A DNA stretch of 64,000 bases from an uncultured Fibrobacteraceae bacterium (GTDB taxonomy: Bacteria > Krumholzibacteriota > Krumholzibacteriia > LZORAL124-64-63): the NCBI GenBank assembly GCA_964399195.1, contig CAYNPY010000006.1, positions 9,621 to 73,620 on the forward strand. The letters are read 5' to 3'. Of the stretch, positions 17,977 to 26,878 are shown piece by piece. A program made the position numbers and the translations under genes. The notes beneath the pieces are model-generated. The model was given only the letters and a program-made list of their open reading frames with translations. It did no database searches and was not told the origin of the DNA. Every line of letters begins with the position of its first letter. Within the stretch, counting starts at the first letter, position 1.

Positions 17977-18584
17977 GGCGATCCTCCGTAGCGGGCCTCG
18001 GTCAGGACCAGCGCCTTGCGGACGCCGGCGGCCAGGGCGCGGCTCGACAGCGTGGCGCCGCTGATGCCGACGACGTCGCGGTTCAGCCGCAGCGGATCGT
18101 CGCCGTCCTTGCCGATGAACTGGCCGAGGAAGCGCGCGCGGCGCACGGCGTCGCCGCGCGACTCGCGGTAGACCATCACCAGCACGGTCTCGACGCGCCG
18201 GTCCGCTCCGATGTGCACCAGGAAGGTGATCGGCTTGAAGCGGCCCTTCTCCTCCAGCACCAGGGCCCAGCCCAGCTCGCGGCCGGCGCGCGCGGCGCGG
18301 TGGAAGGTGAAGGAGGTTTCGGGCACCTGCAGGCCGAGCCGGCCCGCCAGCGCCGCGCGTTCGTCCGCCGTCGGCTCCCAGTTCTCCTGCCACTGCCGGT
18401 CGGCGCCGGCGAAGACGCGGCCCAGCGCCTGCTCGGGCGTGAAGTAGACCTTCACGTGCTCGGGGCCGTCGGGGCTGACCTCCGGTTCGGCGGCGCGCGC
18501 CGCGGGGGCGCCGGTCCCGAGGACCAGCGCTCCCCACGCGATCGCCGCGAGCCGGCGCCAGCGTTTGCTTGCGGACATGCCCAC
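17973..18584 (-). CDS. exported FMN-binding domain protein (ApbE substrate; RnfG/NqrC-type FMN_bind)
   Basis: Signal peptide present. The C-terminal flavinylation motif DVVGISGATLSS matches the D-x-x-S-G-A-T-x-S consensus. Confidence 0.8.
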   Translation of the reverse strand: MGMSASKRWRRLAAIAWGALVLGTGAPAARAAEPEVSPDGPEHVKVYFTPEQALGRVFAGADRQWQENWEPTADERAALAGRLGLQVPETSFTFHRAARAGRELGWALVLEEKGRFKPITFLVHIGADRRVETVLVMVYRESRGDAVRRARFLGQFIGKDGDDPLRLNRDVVGISGATLSSRALAAGVRKALVLTEARYGGSP

Positions 18585-18588
18585 CCGC

Positions 18589-19731
18589 CTAGAAGTAGGA
18601 CGCGAAGGAGAGGAAGAGCTTGCCCTGGGCCTCGCCCTTCTGGCCGCCCAGCGGCGTCGTCTTGCGCCAGCTGTGGTCGATGCGGAAGACCGTCTCCTCC
18701 GTGGGCCGGAAGTTGACGCCGATGGTCACGGCCTCCTCGGCGTCGCCGTCGCGGTCGCTGTCATAGTCGACCCAGTCGCCGCGCGCCACCAGCGTGACCA
18801 CCGAGCCGGGCAGCAGCCGGTCGTGCAGCAGATGCCAGTTGCCCTGGACATACGCGCCGCGCTGGCTGTCGGCCGTGTCCGGCAGCAGGTCGCGGTCCAG
18901 GTCAGCGGTGACCATGACGCCCTCGCCCTGCAACTCGAACGCGCCGAAGGTCACCTTGGCGTCCAGCGCCGAGATGGTCAGGCTGTGGTCGCCGGCATCG
19001 TCCCAGGCGCCGCTGTGCGCGGACAGGCCCACGGTCGTGCCCAGGCGGGGGCTGTAGCCCAGGCGGCCGACGAGCGACTTGTTGTCGTTGTTGTCCTGCT
19101 TCTTGCTGCCGCGGCCGCCGCGCACGCGCAGCTTGCCGTCGTCGATGATGCCCGCGTCGAAGCCGTTGACGACGTACAGCTCGTAGTCCAGTTCGCCGGC
19201 CTCGCCGACGGCGGTGTTGCCGAACAGGCCCATGCCCGACTCGCTGAGCGTCGAGGGGGCCAGCTGCCGCACCACGGTCGGGCGCTCGGTCAGGTCGTTC
19301 AGCGGGCTGTCGTGCAGCACGTTGAAGCGGCCGAGCGGGCTGAGCACGACGCCGCCGCGGAAGCTCAGCCCGTCGCGGAGCCGGTAGTCCATGACCGCGT
19401 ACTCGAGCTTCACCTCGCCGTCGCCGGGGACGTCGCCGCCGTGCTCGAACTCGATCTCGGCCGAGACCGTGACCCGGTCGCTCACGTAGCCGGTCAGGAA
19501 CGGGATGAAGCGGTACTGGTCGAAGGTGGTGATCCCGTTCTCGGGGATCTCCAGCTCCATGTCGATGTAGCCGCCGACGGACACGCCGCCGCCCGTCCCG
19601 CGCAGGTACGGCTTGTCGTAGATGCCGCGGGAGGGAGCCGCCGGTCCTTCGGTCGGCTGCTCCTGGGCCAGGGACGGAATGGACAGGGCCAGAGCCAGCC
19701 CCAGCGCAACGACCTGAGTCCTGCGGTGCAT
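18589..19731 (-). CDS. outer-membrane beta-barrel protein (porin-like)
   Basis: GGAGGAG RBS. Signal peptide MHRRTQVVALGLALALSIPSLAQE. Alternating amphipathic strands. Terminal ...LFLSFASYF has a C-terminal aromatic residue. Confidence 0.65.
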   Translation of the reverse strand: MHRRTQVVALGLALALSIPSLAQEQPTEGPAAPSRGIYDKPYLRGTGGGVSVGGYIDMELEIPENGITTFDQYRFIPFLTGYVSDRVTVSAEIEFEHGGDVPGDGEVKLEYAVMDYRLRDGLSFRGGVVLSPLGRFNVLHDSPLNDLTERPTVVRQLAPSTLSESGMGLFGNTAVGEAGELDYELYVVNGFDAGIIDDGKLRVRGGRGSKKQDNNDNKSLVGRLGYSPRLGTTVGLSAHSGAWDDAGDHSLTISALDAKVTFGAFELQGEGVMVTADLDRDLLPDTADSQRGAYVQGNWHLLHDRLLPGSVVTLVARGDWVDYDSDRDGDAEEAVTIGVNFRPTEETVFRIDHSWRKTTPLGGQKGEAQGKLFLSFASYF

Positions 19732-19904
19732 GGTCGCTCCTCCTGCCGCCGGCTGGACGGGTCCGGCGGGAGTTGAAAACTGAATGTTGTAAACCACAAA
19801 AGTTTTTTGTGGCGACGAAAGTTGCCGGCGAAAACTGGTGCGGGACTCGTCGATCAGCAAGGAAAAAGGTGGGAAAACGCTATTTCAACGCAACCGGAGC
19901 CGTC

Positions 19905-19932
19905 TTGACTTTGGAAATTCGTTTGCGATAAT
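19905..19932 (+). promoter_or_regulatory. sigma70-type promoter of the arsR-permease-thioredoxin operon
   Basis: TTGACT (19905-19910), 16-nt spacer, GATAAT (19927-19932). It lies in an AT-rich island about 40 nt upstream of the arsR GTG. Confidence 0.5.
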
Positions 19933-19971
19933 TGCCAAATACACAACCAGCCCCGACACGGGAGACCCCCT

Positions 19972-20292
19972 GTGGATGTCATGACCCGCAATCACCTGGC
20001 CGCCCGCGCCCGCGTGCTCAAGGCGCTGGCCCACCCGGCACGCCTGGCGGCGGTCGACGAACTGGCCAACGGCGAGCGCTGCGTCTGCGAGCTGCAGCAG
20101 CTGATCGGCTCGGACATGTCCACCGTCTCGCGGCACCTGGCCATCCTGCGCGAGGCCGGCATCGTGAGCGACGAACGCCGCGGGAATCAGGTCTTCTACG
20201 CGCTGCGCGTGCCCTGCATCCTGAACTTCTTCGGCTGCGTCGAGTCGGTGCTGCGGGCCGGCGCCGAAGACTCGGCGCGGGCGCTGAGGTGA
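19972..20292 (+). CDS. arsR: ArsR/SmtB family metalloregulator
   Basis: LKALAHPARLAAVDELANGERCVCELQQLIGSDMSTVSRHLAILREAGIV contains the HTH and a CVC metal(loid) site. Confidence 0.85.
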   Translation: MDVMTRNHLAARARVLKALAHPARLAAVDELANGERCVCELQQLIGSDMSTVSRHLAILREAGIVSDERRGNQVFYALRVPCILNFFGCVESVLRAGAEDSARALR

Positions 20293-20296
20293 CCCG

Positions 20297-21589
20297 ATGA
20301 CGCTCCGCAGGGAACTCAAGCCGTTCATCTGGGCCATCGCGGTCTTCCTCGGACTCTACCACCTCCCGGTGGGCAACGCGCGTTTCGACGCCGCGGTCGG
20401 CGAGTCGCTCGCCCTGACGAAGTGGTACGCGCGCGAGCACGTGCTGCTGTGCCTGGTGCCGGCGTTCTTCATCGCCGGCGGGATCTCGGTCTTCGTCAGC
20501 CAGGCCTCCGTCATGCGCTACCTGGGCGCCGGCGCGCGCAAGGTCACGGCCTACGGTGTGGCCGCGGTCTCCGGCACGGTGCTGGCGGTCTGCTCCTGCA
20601 CCGTGCTGCCGCTGTTCGCGGGCATCTACGGCATGGGCGCCGGGCTGGGGCCGGCCACCGCGTTCCTCTACTCGGGTCCGGCGATCAACGCCCTGGCCGT
20701 CATCCTGACCGCGCGCGTGCTGGGCGTTGAGATCGGCGTGGCGCGCGCCGTCGGCGCCGTCGTCTTCAGCGTCGTCATCGGCCTGGCCATGCACGCGCTC
20801 TTCCGGCGCGCGGAGACCGAGCGGCGCCTGGCGGCCGCCGCGTTGCCGGCCGAGGACGGCGGACGGCCGCTGGCCCAGACGGCGCTGACGTTCGCGGCCA
20901 TGGTCGCCGTGCTGGTCTTCGCCAACTGGGGCGGCGCCGGCGAGGGCCTCTACGGCCGCGTGCACGCGGTGAAGTGGTGGCTCACGGCCGCCGCGGCCGC
21001 CGGACTGGGACTGGCCATGGTCGTCTGGTACGGCCTGCGCTGGTGGAAGATCCTGGTCGTGGCCGGCGCCGCGGTCGTGACGGCGCTCGCGCGCCGCGAC
21101 GACCCGGTCACCGCGTTCACCGCGGCCACGCTGGCCTTCAGCTGGGCCGTGGCCACCTCGAAGGGCGAACTGGCGGACTGGTTCGCCGCCAGCTGGGGCT
21201 TCGCGAAGCAGATCCTGCCGCTGCTGCTCTTCGGCGTCCTGGTGGCGGGGCTGCTGTTGGGGCGTCCCGGCCACGAGGGGCTGATCCCCTCACAGTGGAT
21301 CGCCGGCGCGGTCGGCGGCAACTCCGTGGGGGCGAACCTGTTCGCGGCGGTCTCCGGCGCCTTCATGTACTTCGCGACGCTCACCGAAGTGCCCATCCTC
21401 GAGGGCCTGATCGGCTCGGGCATGGGCAAGGGGCCCGCGTTGACGCTGCTGCTGGCGGGCCCGGCCGTCTCGCTGCCCAGCATCCTGGTGCTGCGGACGA
21501 TCATGGGCGGCCGGCGCACGGCGGCGTACGTCGCGCTGGTCGTGGTGTTGTCGGCGTTCACGGGCACGATCTTCGGCGCGCTCGGTTGA
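20297..21589 (+). CDS. permease (DUF318/ArsP-like family)
   Basis: About 10 TM helices. The vicinal cysteine pair AVCSCTVLP resembles the ArsP TPFCSCS motif. The gene is co-operonic with arsR. Confidence 0.75.
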   Translation: MTLRRELKPFIWAIAVFLGLYHLPVGNARFDAAVGESLALTKWYAREHVLLCLVPAFFIAGGISVFVSQASVMRYLGAGARKVTAYGVAAVSGTVLAVCSCTVLPLFAGIYGMGAGLGPATAFLYSGPAINALAVILTARVLGVEIGVARAVGAVVFSVVIGLAMHALFRRAETERRLAAAALPAEDGGRPLAQTALTFAAMVAVLVFANWGGAGEGLYGRVHAVKWWLTAAAAAGLGLAMVVWYGLRWWKILVVAGAAVVTALARRDDPVTAFTAATLAFSWAVATSKGELADWFAASWGFAKQILPLLLFGVLVAGLLLGRPGHEGLIPSQWIAGAVGGNSVGANLFAAVSGAFMYFATLTEVPILEGLIGSGMGKGPALTLLLAGPAVSLPSILVLRTIMGGRRTAAYVALVVVLSAFTGTIFGALG

Positions 21590-21643
21590 GACGCGCTCGA
21601 CCGAGGCGCGCCGGCGGTCGTTGACCGGAATGGGAGAACCGGG

Positions 21644-21874
21644 ATGGAGATCCTGATCCTGGGCACCGGGTGCCCCAAGTGCACGAAACTGGCCGAGGAG
21701 GCGCAGGCGGCGGCCGGCGAACTGGGTTTGACGCCCGAGTTCCGCAAGGTGACGCAGGTGGCCGAGATCATGAAGTACGGCGTGATGATGACGCCGGCGC
21801 TGGTCGTCGACGGCGTCGTGCGGGTCGTGGGCAAGGTGCCCTCGCGCGAGGAACTCAAGGCAATGTTGTCCTGA
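21644..21874 (+). CDS. small thioredoxin-fold protein (redox-active disulfide protein 2 family)
   Basis: 76 aa. MEILILGTGCPKCTKL... has a CxxC and matches the TM0996/MTH895-like pattern commonly linked to these permeases. Confidence 0.85.
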   Translation: MEILILGTGCPKCTKLAEEAQAAAGELGLTPEFRKVTQVAEIMKYGVMMTPALVVDGVVRVVGKVPSREELKAMLS

Positions 21875-21920
21875 CCGCGGGGCTTTGCGGCAGGGAACGT
21901 CGACGGGGAGGCTGACGGTC

Positions 21921-22403
21921 ATGAGCAGCAACGGCAGCAAGGGCAGGAGAGGCGCGGCAGGTCGCTGGATCCTCGCGTTGGCGATCATCGGCATCGCCGT
22001 CGGCGTCTACGTCCTGCGTCCGGCGGCGGGTGAGAGCCGCGGCGTCGCGGTCGACCAGACGGCCGCCGCCGGGCCCACCGCGTCGAAAGCCGCGCCCCAG
22101 GCGGCCGCGACCGAAACTGCGGCCGCCGTGCCGCGCCTGCTGGACCTGGGCGCCGACAAATGCGTCCCGTGCAAGATGATGGCGCCGATCCTCGACCAGC
22201 TCCGCAAGGACTACGCCGGCAGGATGCGCGTCGACTTCGTCGACGTCTGGAAGACGCCGGAGGCCGGCAAGCCGTACAACCTCAAGCTGATTCCGACGCA
22301 GATCTTCTTCGCTCCGGACGGCACCGAACTGTACCGCCACGAGGGATTCATCAGTCGCGAGGACATCCTCGCCAAGTGGAACGAACTGGGTTACGTCCTG
22401 TAG
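21921..22403 (+). CDS. membrane-anchored periplasmic thioredoxin (ArsE-like?)
   Basis: N-terminal TM anchor. CVPC active site in DLGADKCVPCKMMAPIL. Thioredoxin fold. Confidence 0.8.
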   Translation: MSSNGSKGRRGAAGRWILALAIIGIAVGVYVLRPAAGESRGVAVDQTAAAGPTASKAAPQAAATETAAAVPRLLDLGADKCVPCKMMAPILDQLRKDYAGRMRVDFVDVWKTPEAGKPYNLKLIPTQIFFAPDGTELYRHEGFISREDILAKWNELGYVL

Positions 22404-22424
22404 CGGCCGCGAGAGAGAGCCTCG

Positions 22425-23123
22425 ATGCAGCAGCTGTTCACCAGCCTCACCGACGCGGTCGCCGGCGCGGCCCATCTCGCCCTGCTGGCGGCTTTCGCCT
22501 GGGGAGTGCTGAGCATCATCCTGAGCCCGTGCCACCTGGCGAGCATCCCGCTCATCGTCGGGTTCATCCAGGGCCAGGGGCAACCGACGCAGCGGCGCGC
22601 GCTGGCCCTGTCGACATTGTTCGCCGTCGGCATCCTGGTCACGATCGCCCTGCTGGGCGCCGTGACGGCCGGGCTGGGGCGGCTCGCCGGCGACGTCGGG
22701 ACCGCGGGCAACGTGATCGTGGCGGCCGTCTTCGTGCTGGTGGGACTGGTGCTCCTGGACCTGGTGCCGCTGGCGCTGCCGGCGCCCGCCCGGGTCGGGC
22801 TGCAGAAGCGCGGCGCCTTCGCCGCCTTCCTGCTGGGGCTGGTGTTCGGCATCGCGCTGGGCCCCTGCACCTTCGCCTACGTGGCCCCCATGCTCGCGGT
22901 CACCTTCAAGGTGGCGACCACGAAGGCCGCCTACGGCGCGGCGCTTCTGCTGGCGTTCGGGCTGGGCCATTGCCTGGTCATCGCGGTGGCCGGCGCGGGC
23001 TCGGCCTGGGTCCAGCGGACGCTCGACTGGAACGCCTCGTCGCGGACCGGAATGGTGATCAAGAAGACGTGCGGCGCGCTGGTGGTGCTCGGCGGGCTGT
23101 ACCTGCTGTACACCGCGCACTAG
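22425..23123 (+). CDS. CcdA/DsbD-family thiol-disulfide transporter (ArsG-like)
   Basis: Six TM helices with the two conserved membrane-embedded cysteines (ILSPCHL and ALGPCTFA). Confidence 0.85.
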   Translation: MQQLFTSLTDAVAGAAHLALLAAFAWGVLSIILSPCHLASIPLIVGFIQGQGQPTQRRALALSTLFAVGILVTIALLGAVTAGLGRLAGDVGTAGNVIVAAVFVLVGLVLLDLVPLALPAPARVGLQKRGAFAAFLLGLVFGIALGPCTFAYVAPMLAVTFKVATTKAAYGAALLLAFGLGHCLVIAVAGAGSAWVQRTLDWNASSRTGMVIKKTCGALVVLGGLYLLYTAH

Positions 23124-23133
23124 GAGGATATCC

Positions 23134-23562
23134 GTGATCTCGCGACGCGGGCTCATCTTGGCGTTCGTGTTGGCGGCCCTGGCGCCGGTCAGCCAGGCCC
23201 TGGCGGCGCCCCAGGTGACGCTCTACTACTTCCACCGCAACCTGCGCTGCGTGACCTGCGTGGCGCTGGGCGACGTCACCGCCTGGGTGGCCGAGGTCGC
23301 GTTCAAGGAGCGGGTCGCCGACGGGACGCTGCGGTTCCGCGTCGTCAACTACGAGACTCCCGGCAACGAGCACTTCGCCGACGAGTTCCGGCTGGAGGCG
23401 CCGTCGGCCGTTCTCGCGGCCGTCGCCGGGGATTCGGTCGTGTCCTGGAAGAACCTCGAGCGCATCTGGGACCTGGCGGAGGACCACAAGGGTCTCGAGG
23501 CCTACCTCAAGGGCGAGATCACGGCATTCCTGGCGGCCCGGGCAACGCCGGCGGTTCGCTGA
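23134..23562 (+). CDS. ArsF-family thioredoxin-like exported protein
   Basis: Signal peptide present. VTLYYFHRNLRCVTC is the YYFH...RCxTC signature I associate with the ArsF family. Confidence 0.65.
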   Translation: MISRRGLILAFVLAALAPVSQALAAPQVTLYYFHRNLRCVTCVALGDVTAWVAEVAFKERVADGTLRFRVVNYETPGNEHFADEFRLEAPSAVLAAVAGDSVVSWKNLERIWDLAEDHKGLEAYLKGEITAFLAARATPAVR

Positions 23563-23601
23563 CCCCGCGCGGTCCGGGCGAGCAGTGTCGACCTGCCCCG
23601 C

Positions 23602-24813
23602 TCATGACGTGAGCAGGTGGGCCGTCACGACCTCGCCGGCCCGATGTGCGACGGCGCCGGCCGGCAGCTCGATCAGGATGTCCGCCTCCGTCAGCCCGGT
23701 CAGCATGTGCGAGCCCTGCCGGGACCCCGGCACCCCCCACAGCCCGTCGCCGCGGATCTCCAGCCGGCCGCGCAGGAACAGCGCGCGCTCGGCCGACTTG
23801 CGCACGGGCGCGGCCAGGCGGACCGGCAGGGCGTCCGGCGTCGGCTCCGCGCCCTGCAGGCGCAGCAGGGCGGGCGCCACGAACAGCCGGCACGCCACCA
23901 GCGCCGAGACGGGATTGCCGGGCAGGCCGAAGACCGGCGTCCCGTCCGGGGCCAGTCCGAAGTGGTTCGGCTTGCCGGGCTGCATCGCCACGCGGTGGAA
24001 CCGCTCGCGAAGGCCCAGGTCGGTCCGCGCGCCTTCGACGTGGTCATGGTCGCCGACCGAGGCGCCGCCGACGGTGACCACCAGGTCGGCGTTCGCGATG
24101 GCCGCCGCCAGCGCTCGCCGCAGCGCCGCGCGCGAGTCCTTCACGCGGCGACGGCGCACGCTCGCCGCGCCGGCGGCCGCGAGGGCCGCGGCCAGCGCCG
24201 GTCCGTTCGCGTCGTGGATGCGCCCCGGCTGCAGCGGGTCGCCGGGGCCCACCAGTTCGTCGCCCATGGTGATCAACGCCACCCGGGGACGGCGGGCCAC
24301 CGCGACGGCGCCGCGGCCGAACGAGGCGAGCAGGCCGACGACGGCGGGGGTGACGCGCTGGCCGGCCCTGAGCACGATCTCTCCGCGCCGGAACTCCTCC
24401 CCCGCGCGGCGGATGTGGGCGCCGGCGGAAACGGCGCCGGAGCACCTGACACGGCCTTCGGCGAGCGTGGCGTGCTCGACCATCACGACCGCGTCGGCGC
24501 CGCGCGGCAGGCGGCCGCCGGTGAAGACCTTGACCGCCGCACCGGCGCGCAGCGCGGGGACGCGCGTGGTTCCGGCCGGAATCGCTCCGGTCAGACGCAG
24601 ATCCGCAGCGGCGCCGGCGCCTGCGGCGGCCAGGTCCTCGGCGCGCACCGCGTAGCCGTCCATCACCGACTGGTCGAAGCGCGGCGAGGCGTGCGGCGCG
24701 CGCACGTCCGCCGCCAGGAACCGGCCGGCGGCCCGTTCCAGGGCGACTTGCTCGCGCCCGAGCGGCTTCAAGGCCGCCAGCATCAGGGCCCGGGCCTCGG
24801 CGAACGGGATCAT
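23602..24813 (-). CDS. moeA: molybdopterin molybdotransferase
   Basis: PRFDQSVMDGYAVR, GDELV, and the MoeA N, central MoCF_biosynth and C-terminal domains. Confidence 0.9.
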   Translation of the reverse strand: MIPFAEARALMLAALKPLGREQVALERAAGRFLAADVRAPHASPRFDQSVMDGYAVRAEDLAAAGAGAAADLRLTGAIPAGTTRVPALRAGAAVKVFTGGRLPRGADAVVMVEHATLAEGRVRCSGAVSAGAHIRRAGEEFRRGEIVLRAGQRVTPAVVGLLASFGRGAVAVARRPRVALITMGDELVGPGDPLQPGRIHDANGPALAAALAAAGAASVRRRRVKDSRAALRRALAAAIANADLVVTVGGASVGDHDHVEGARTDLGLRERFHRVAMQPGKPNHFGLAPDGTPVFGLPGNPVSALVACRLFVAPALLRLQGAEPTPDALPVRLAAPVRKSAERALFLRGRLEIRGDGLWGVPGSRQGSHMLTGLTEADILIELPAGAVAHRAGEVVTAHLLTS

Positions 24814-25805
24814 GGCGCGCCGCCCGTCGCGCGCCGCAGCGCCACCGGGTCACCCGGGCGCACCTCCCCGCCCGCGATGACGCGGCAGAAGATCCCCTCG
24901 CGCGGCATGATGCAGTCCCCGGTCGCCACGCCGATGGCGCACGCCTGGTGGCAGTCCTTGCCGATCTGCGTGACCTCGAGCACGGCGTCGTCGCCCACCA
25001 GGAGCCGGTCGCCGACGCTCGCCGACATCAGGTCGACGCCGCGGACGACCAGGTTCTCGGCGAAGGCGCCGGCGATCAGGTCGGGCAGCACCGCGCGCAT
25101 GCGGTCGATGCTCTCGCCCGCCAGCAGCGAGACCTGCCGGTGCCAGGGGCCGGCGTGGGCGTCGCCGACCAGGCCGTGGCCCGCCTCCAGGCGCGCCGCC
25201 GGGACCGCGGTCTTGACCGTGCCCTTCTCGCGGCTGATGCAGACGGCTTCCAGACGGCCCTTTTCGGCGTCGGCAGCTGCGGGCGCGCAGTCGCGCGGGT
25301 CTCCGCGCAGCTTCGCCGAGGCGTGCGGCACCGCCGCCCACACTGCCTCGAGGTTCTCCAAGGCCGCGCGCGGGCTGCCCGGCAGGTTGATCACCAGCGT
25401 GCCGCGCCGCGCCCCGGCCACGGCGCGGCTGAGCAGAGCGTGCGGCGTCAGGCGAAGGCTGGCGGCGCGCATGGCCTCGGCGAAGCCGGGCAGTTCCAGG
25501 TCCAGCACCGCGCGCGTTGCCTCGGGCGTGACGTCGCGCGGCGAGACGCCGGTGCCGCCGCAGGTCAGCACCACTTCGCAGGCGCCGCCGTCGCAGTGCC
25601 GCGTCAGCCAATTGACGATGGCTTCGCGGTCGTCGGGAATGACGTCGCAGGTCGTGACCGCGACGTCGCGGTCGCGAAGCCAGGCGGCGAGCGCGGGCCC
25701 GCTCAGGTCCTGCCGCAGGCCCGCGCTGCAGCGGTCGCTGAGCACGAGCACGGCCACGCGCAGGCCCGCTCCGTGGCCGGCGTCCGGCTGCCGCCGCGCG
25801 CTCAC
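24810..25805 (-). CDS. MogA/MoaB (MoCF_biosynth) domain fused to a MOSC domain
   Basis: GTG start overlaps the moaC stop (GTGA). The N-terminal half has VLSDRCS...TCGGTGVSPRDVTPEA...INLPGSP. The C-terminal half has GDAHAG...RQVSLL...LEVTQIGKDCH, which is MOSC-like. Confidence 0.8.
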   Translation of the reverse strand: MSARRQPDAGHGAGLRVAVLVLSDRCSAGLRQDLSGPALAAWLRDRDVAVTTCDVIPDDREAIVNWLTRHCDGGACEVVLTCGGTGVSPRDVTPEATRAVLDLELPGFAEAMRAASLRLTPHALLSRAVAGARRGTLVINLPGSPRAALENLEAVWAAVPHASAKLRGDPRDCAPAAADAEKGRLEAVCISREKGTVKTAVPAARLEAGHGLVGDAHAGPWHRQVSLLAGESIDRMRAVLPDLIAGAFAENLVVRGVDLMSASVGDRLLVGDDAVLEVTQIGKDCHQACAIGVATGDCIMPREGIFCRVIAGGEVRPGDPVALRRATGGAP

Positions 25806-26284
25806 GGCGCCTCCGCGGGCGCTTCCCAGGTCCCCCCGCGGCCCCCGCTCTTGTGCAGCAGGCGCACGGCCTCGATCACGATCCCCTTGTCCCGGCCCTT
25901 GCACATGTCGTAGACGGCCAGCGCCGCCACCGCGGCTCCGGTCATGGCCTCCATCTCGACGCCGGTGCGCTCGCAGGCGACGACCTCGCAGGCGACCTCG
26001 ACCACGCCGGCGGCGGCGTCGACGCGCAGGTCGACCGCCGCGTGGTGGATCGCCAGCGGGTGCGCCAGCGGGATCAGGTCCGGCACGCGCTTGACCGCCG
26101 CGATGCCGGCCAGGCGCGCCACGCCGAGCACGTCGCCCTTGGCCAGGTCGCCGTCGGCCACGCGGGCGGCCAACTCCGGCCCCAGGCGCACGCGCGCCGC
26201 GGCGCGGGCGCGCCGAACGGTGGGCGGCTTGCCCGAAACATCGACCATCCAGGCCTCGCCGCCGGGTCCGAAGTGGTTGGACAT
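25802..26284 (-). CDS. moaC: cyclic pyranopterin monophosphate synthase
   Basis: MVDVSGKP.T.R.A, IPLAHPL, TGVEMEAMTGAAVAALAVYDMCK. Confidence 0.9.
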   Translation of the reverse strand: MSNHFGPGGEAWMVDVSGKPPTVRRARAAARVRLGPELAARVADGDLAKGDVLGVARLAGIAAVKRVPDLIPLAHPLAIHHAAVDLRVDAAAGVVEVACEVVACERTGVEMEAMTGAAVAALAVYDMCKGRDKGIVIEAVRLLHKSGGRGGTWEAPAEAP

Positions 26285-26411
26285 CGCATCTCCCTGCCGC
26301 CCGGCGCGGCCGCGCGCGGCTTGTGCGCTCGGCAGAACCACGGCCGGACGCGCCCTACTATAGTGCAGTGGCCCGCGAGTGTCGCCGCCAACGGGCGGCC
26401 GGACGCGATGG

Positions 26412-26440
26412 TTGCATATATCCGGTTATCCAGTTATAGT
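26412..26440 (+). promoter_or_regulatory. sigma70-type promoter of arsR-acr3-arsC
   Basis: TTGCAT (26412-26417), exactly 17 nt, TATAGT (26435-26440). The spacer contains the near-palindrome ATATCCGGTTAT, a possible ArsR operator. Confidence 0.6.
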
Positions 26441-26461
26441 GACCCGACCCCGGAGGTCGCG

Positions 26462-26878
26462 ATGAGGGACATCGCCCGATTCCACAAGCTGCTGTCGGAC
26501 GAGGCCCGGCTGCGCATCCTCTGGCTGCTGCTGAACCGCCGCGAGCTGTGCGTGTGCGACATCACGGCGGCGCTCGGCATCACGCAGTCGAAGGCCTCGC
26601 GCCACCTGGCGGCCCTGCGGGTCGCCGGTCTGGTCCGGGACCGCCGCGAGGGCACGTGGATGCACTACTCGCTGCGCAGGCCCGCCGAGCCCGGCGCGCG
26701 GGCCGCGCTGGCGGCCCTCAAGGGCCAGCTCGCGCGCGACCCGGAGGCCGACGCGCTGCTCGCGCGGCTGGCCGCCGGCCGCCCTCGTGACCGGGGTTCC
26801 GCCTGCGGACCGCCGCCGGCAGCGGGAGCCAGGCCCGCGACGACCCGCCACCCCGCCGCCCGAAAGGACCCGATGTGA
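26462..26878 (+). CDS. arsR: ArsR family arsenic-responsive repressor
   Basis: [57 protein letters not shown]. Confidence 0.85.
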   Translation: MRDIARFHKLLSDEARLRILWLLLNRRELCVCDITAALGITQSKASRHLAALRVAGLVRDRREGTWMHYSLRRPAEPGARAALAALKGQLARDPEADALLARLAAGRPRDRGSACGPPPAAGARPATTRHPAARKDPM

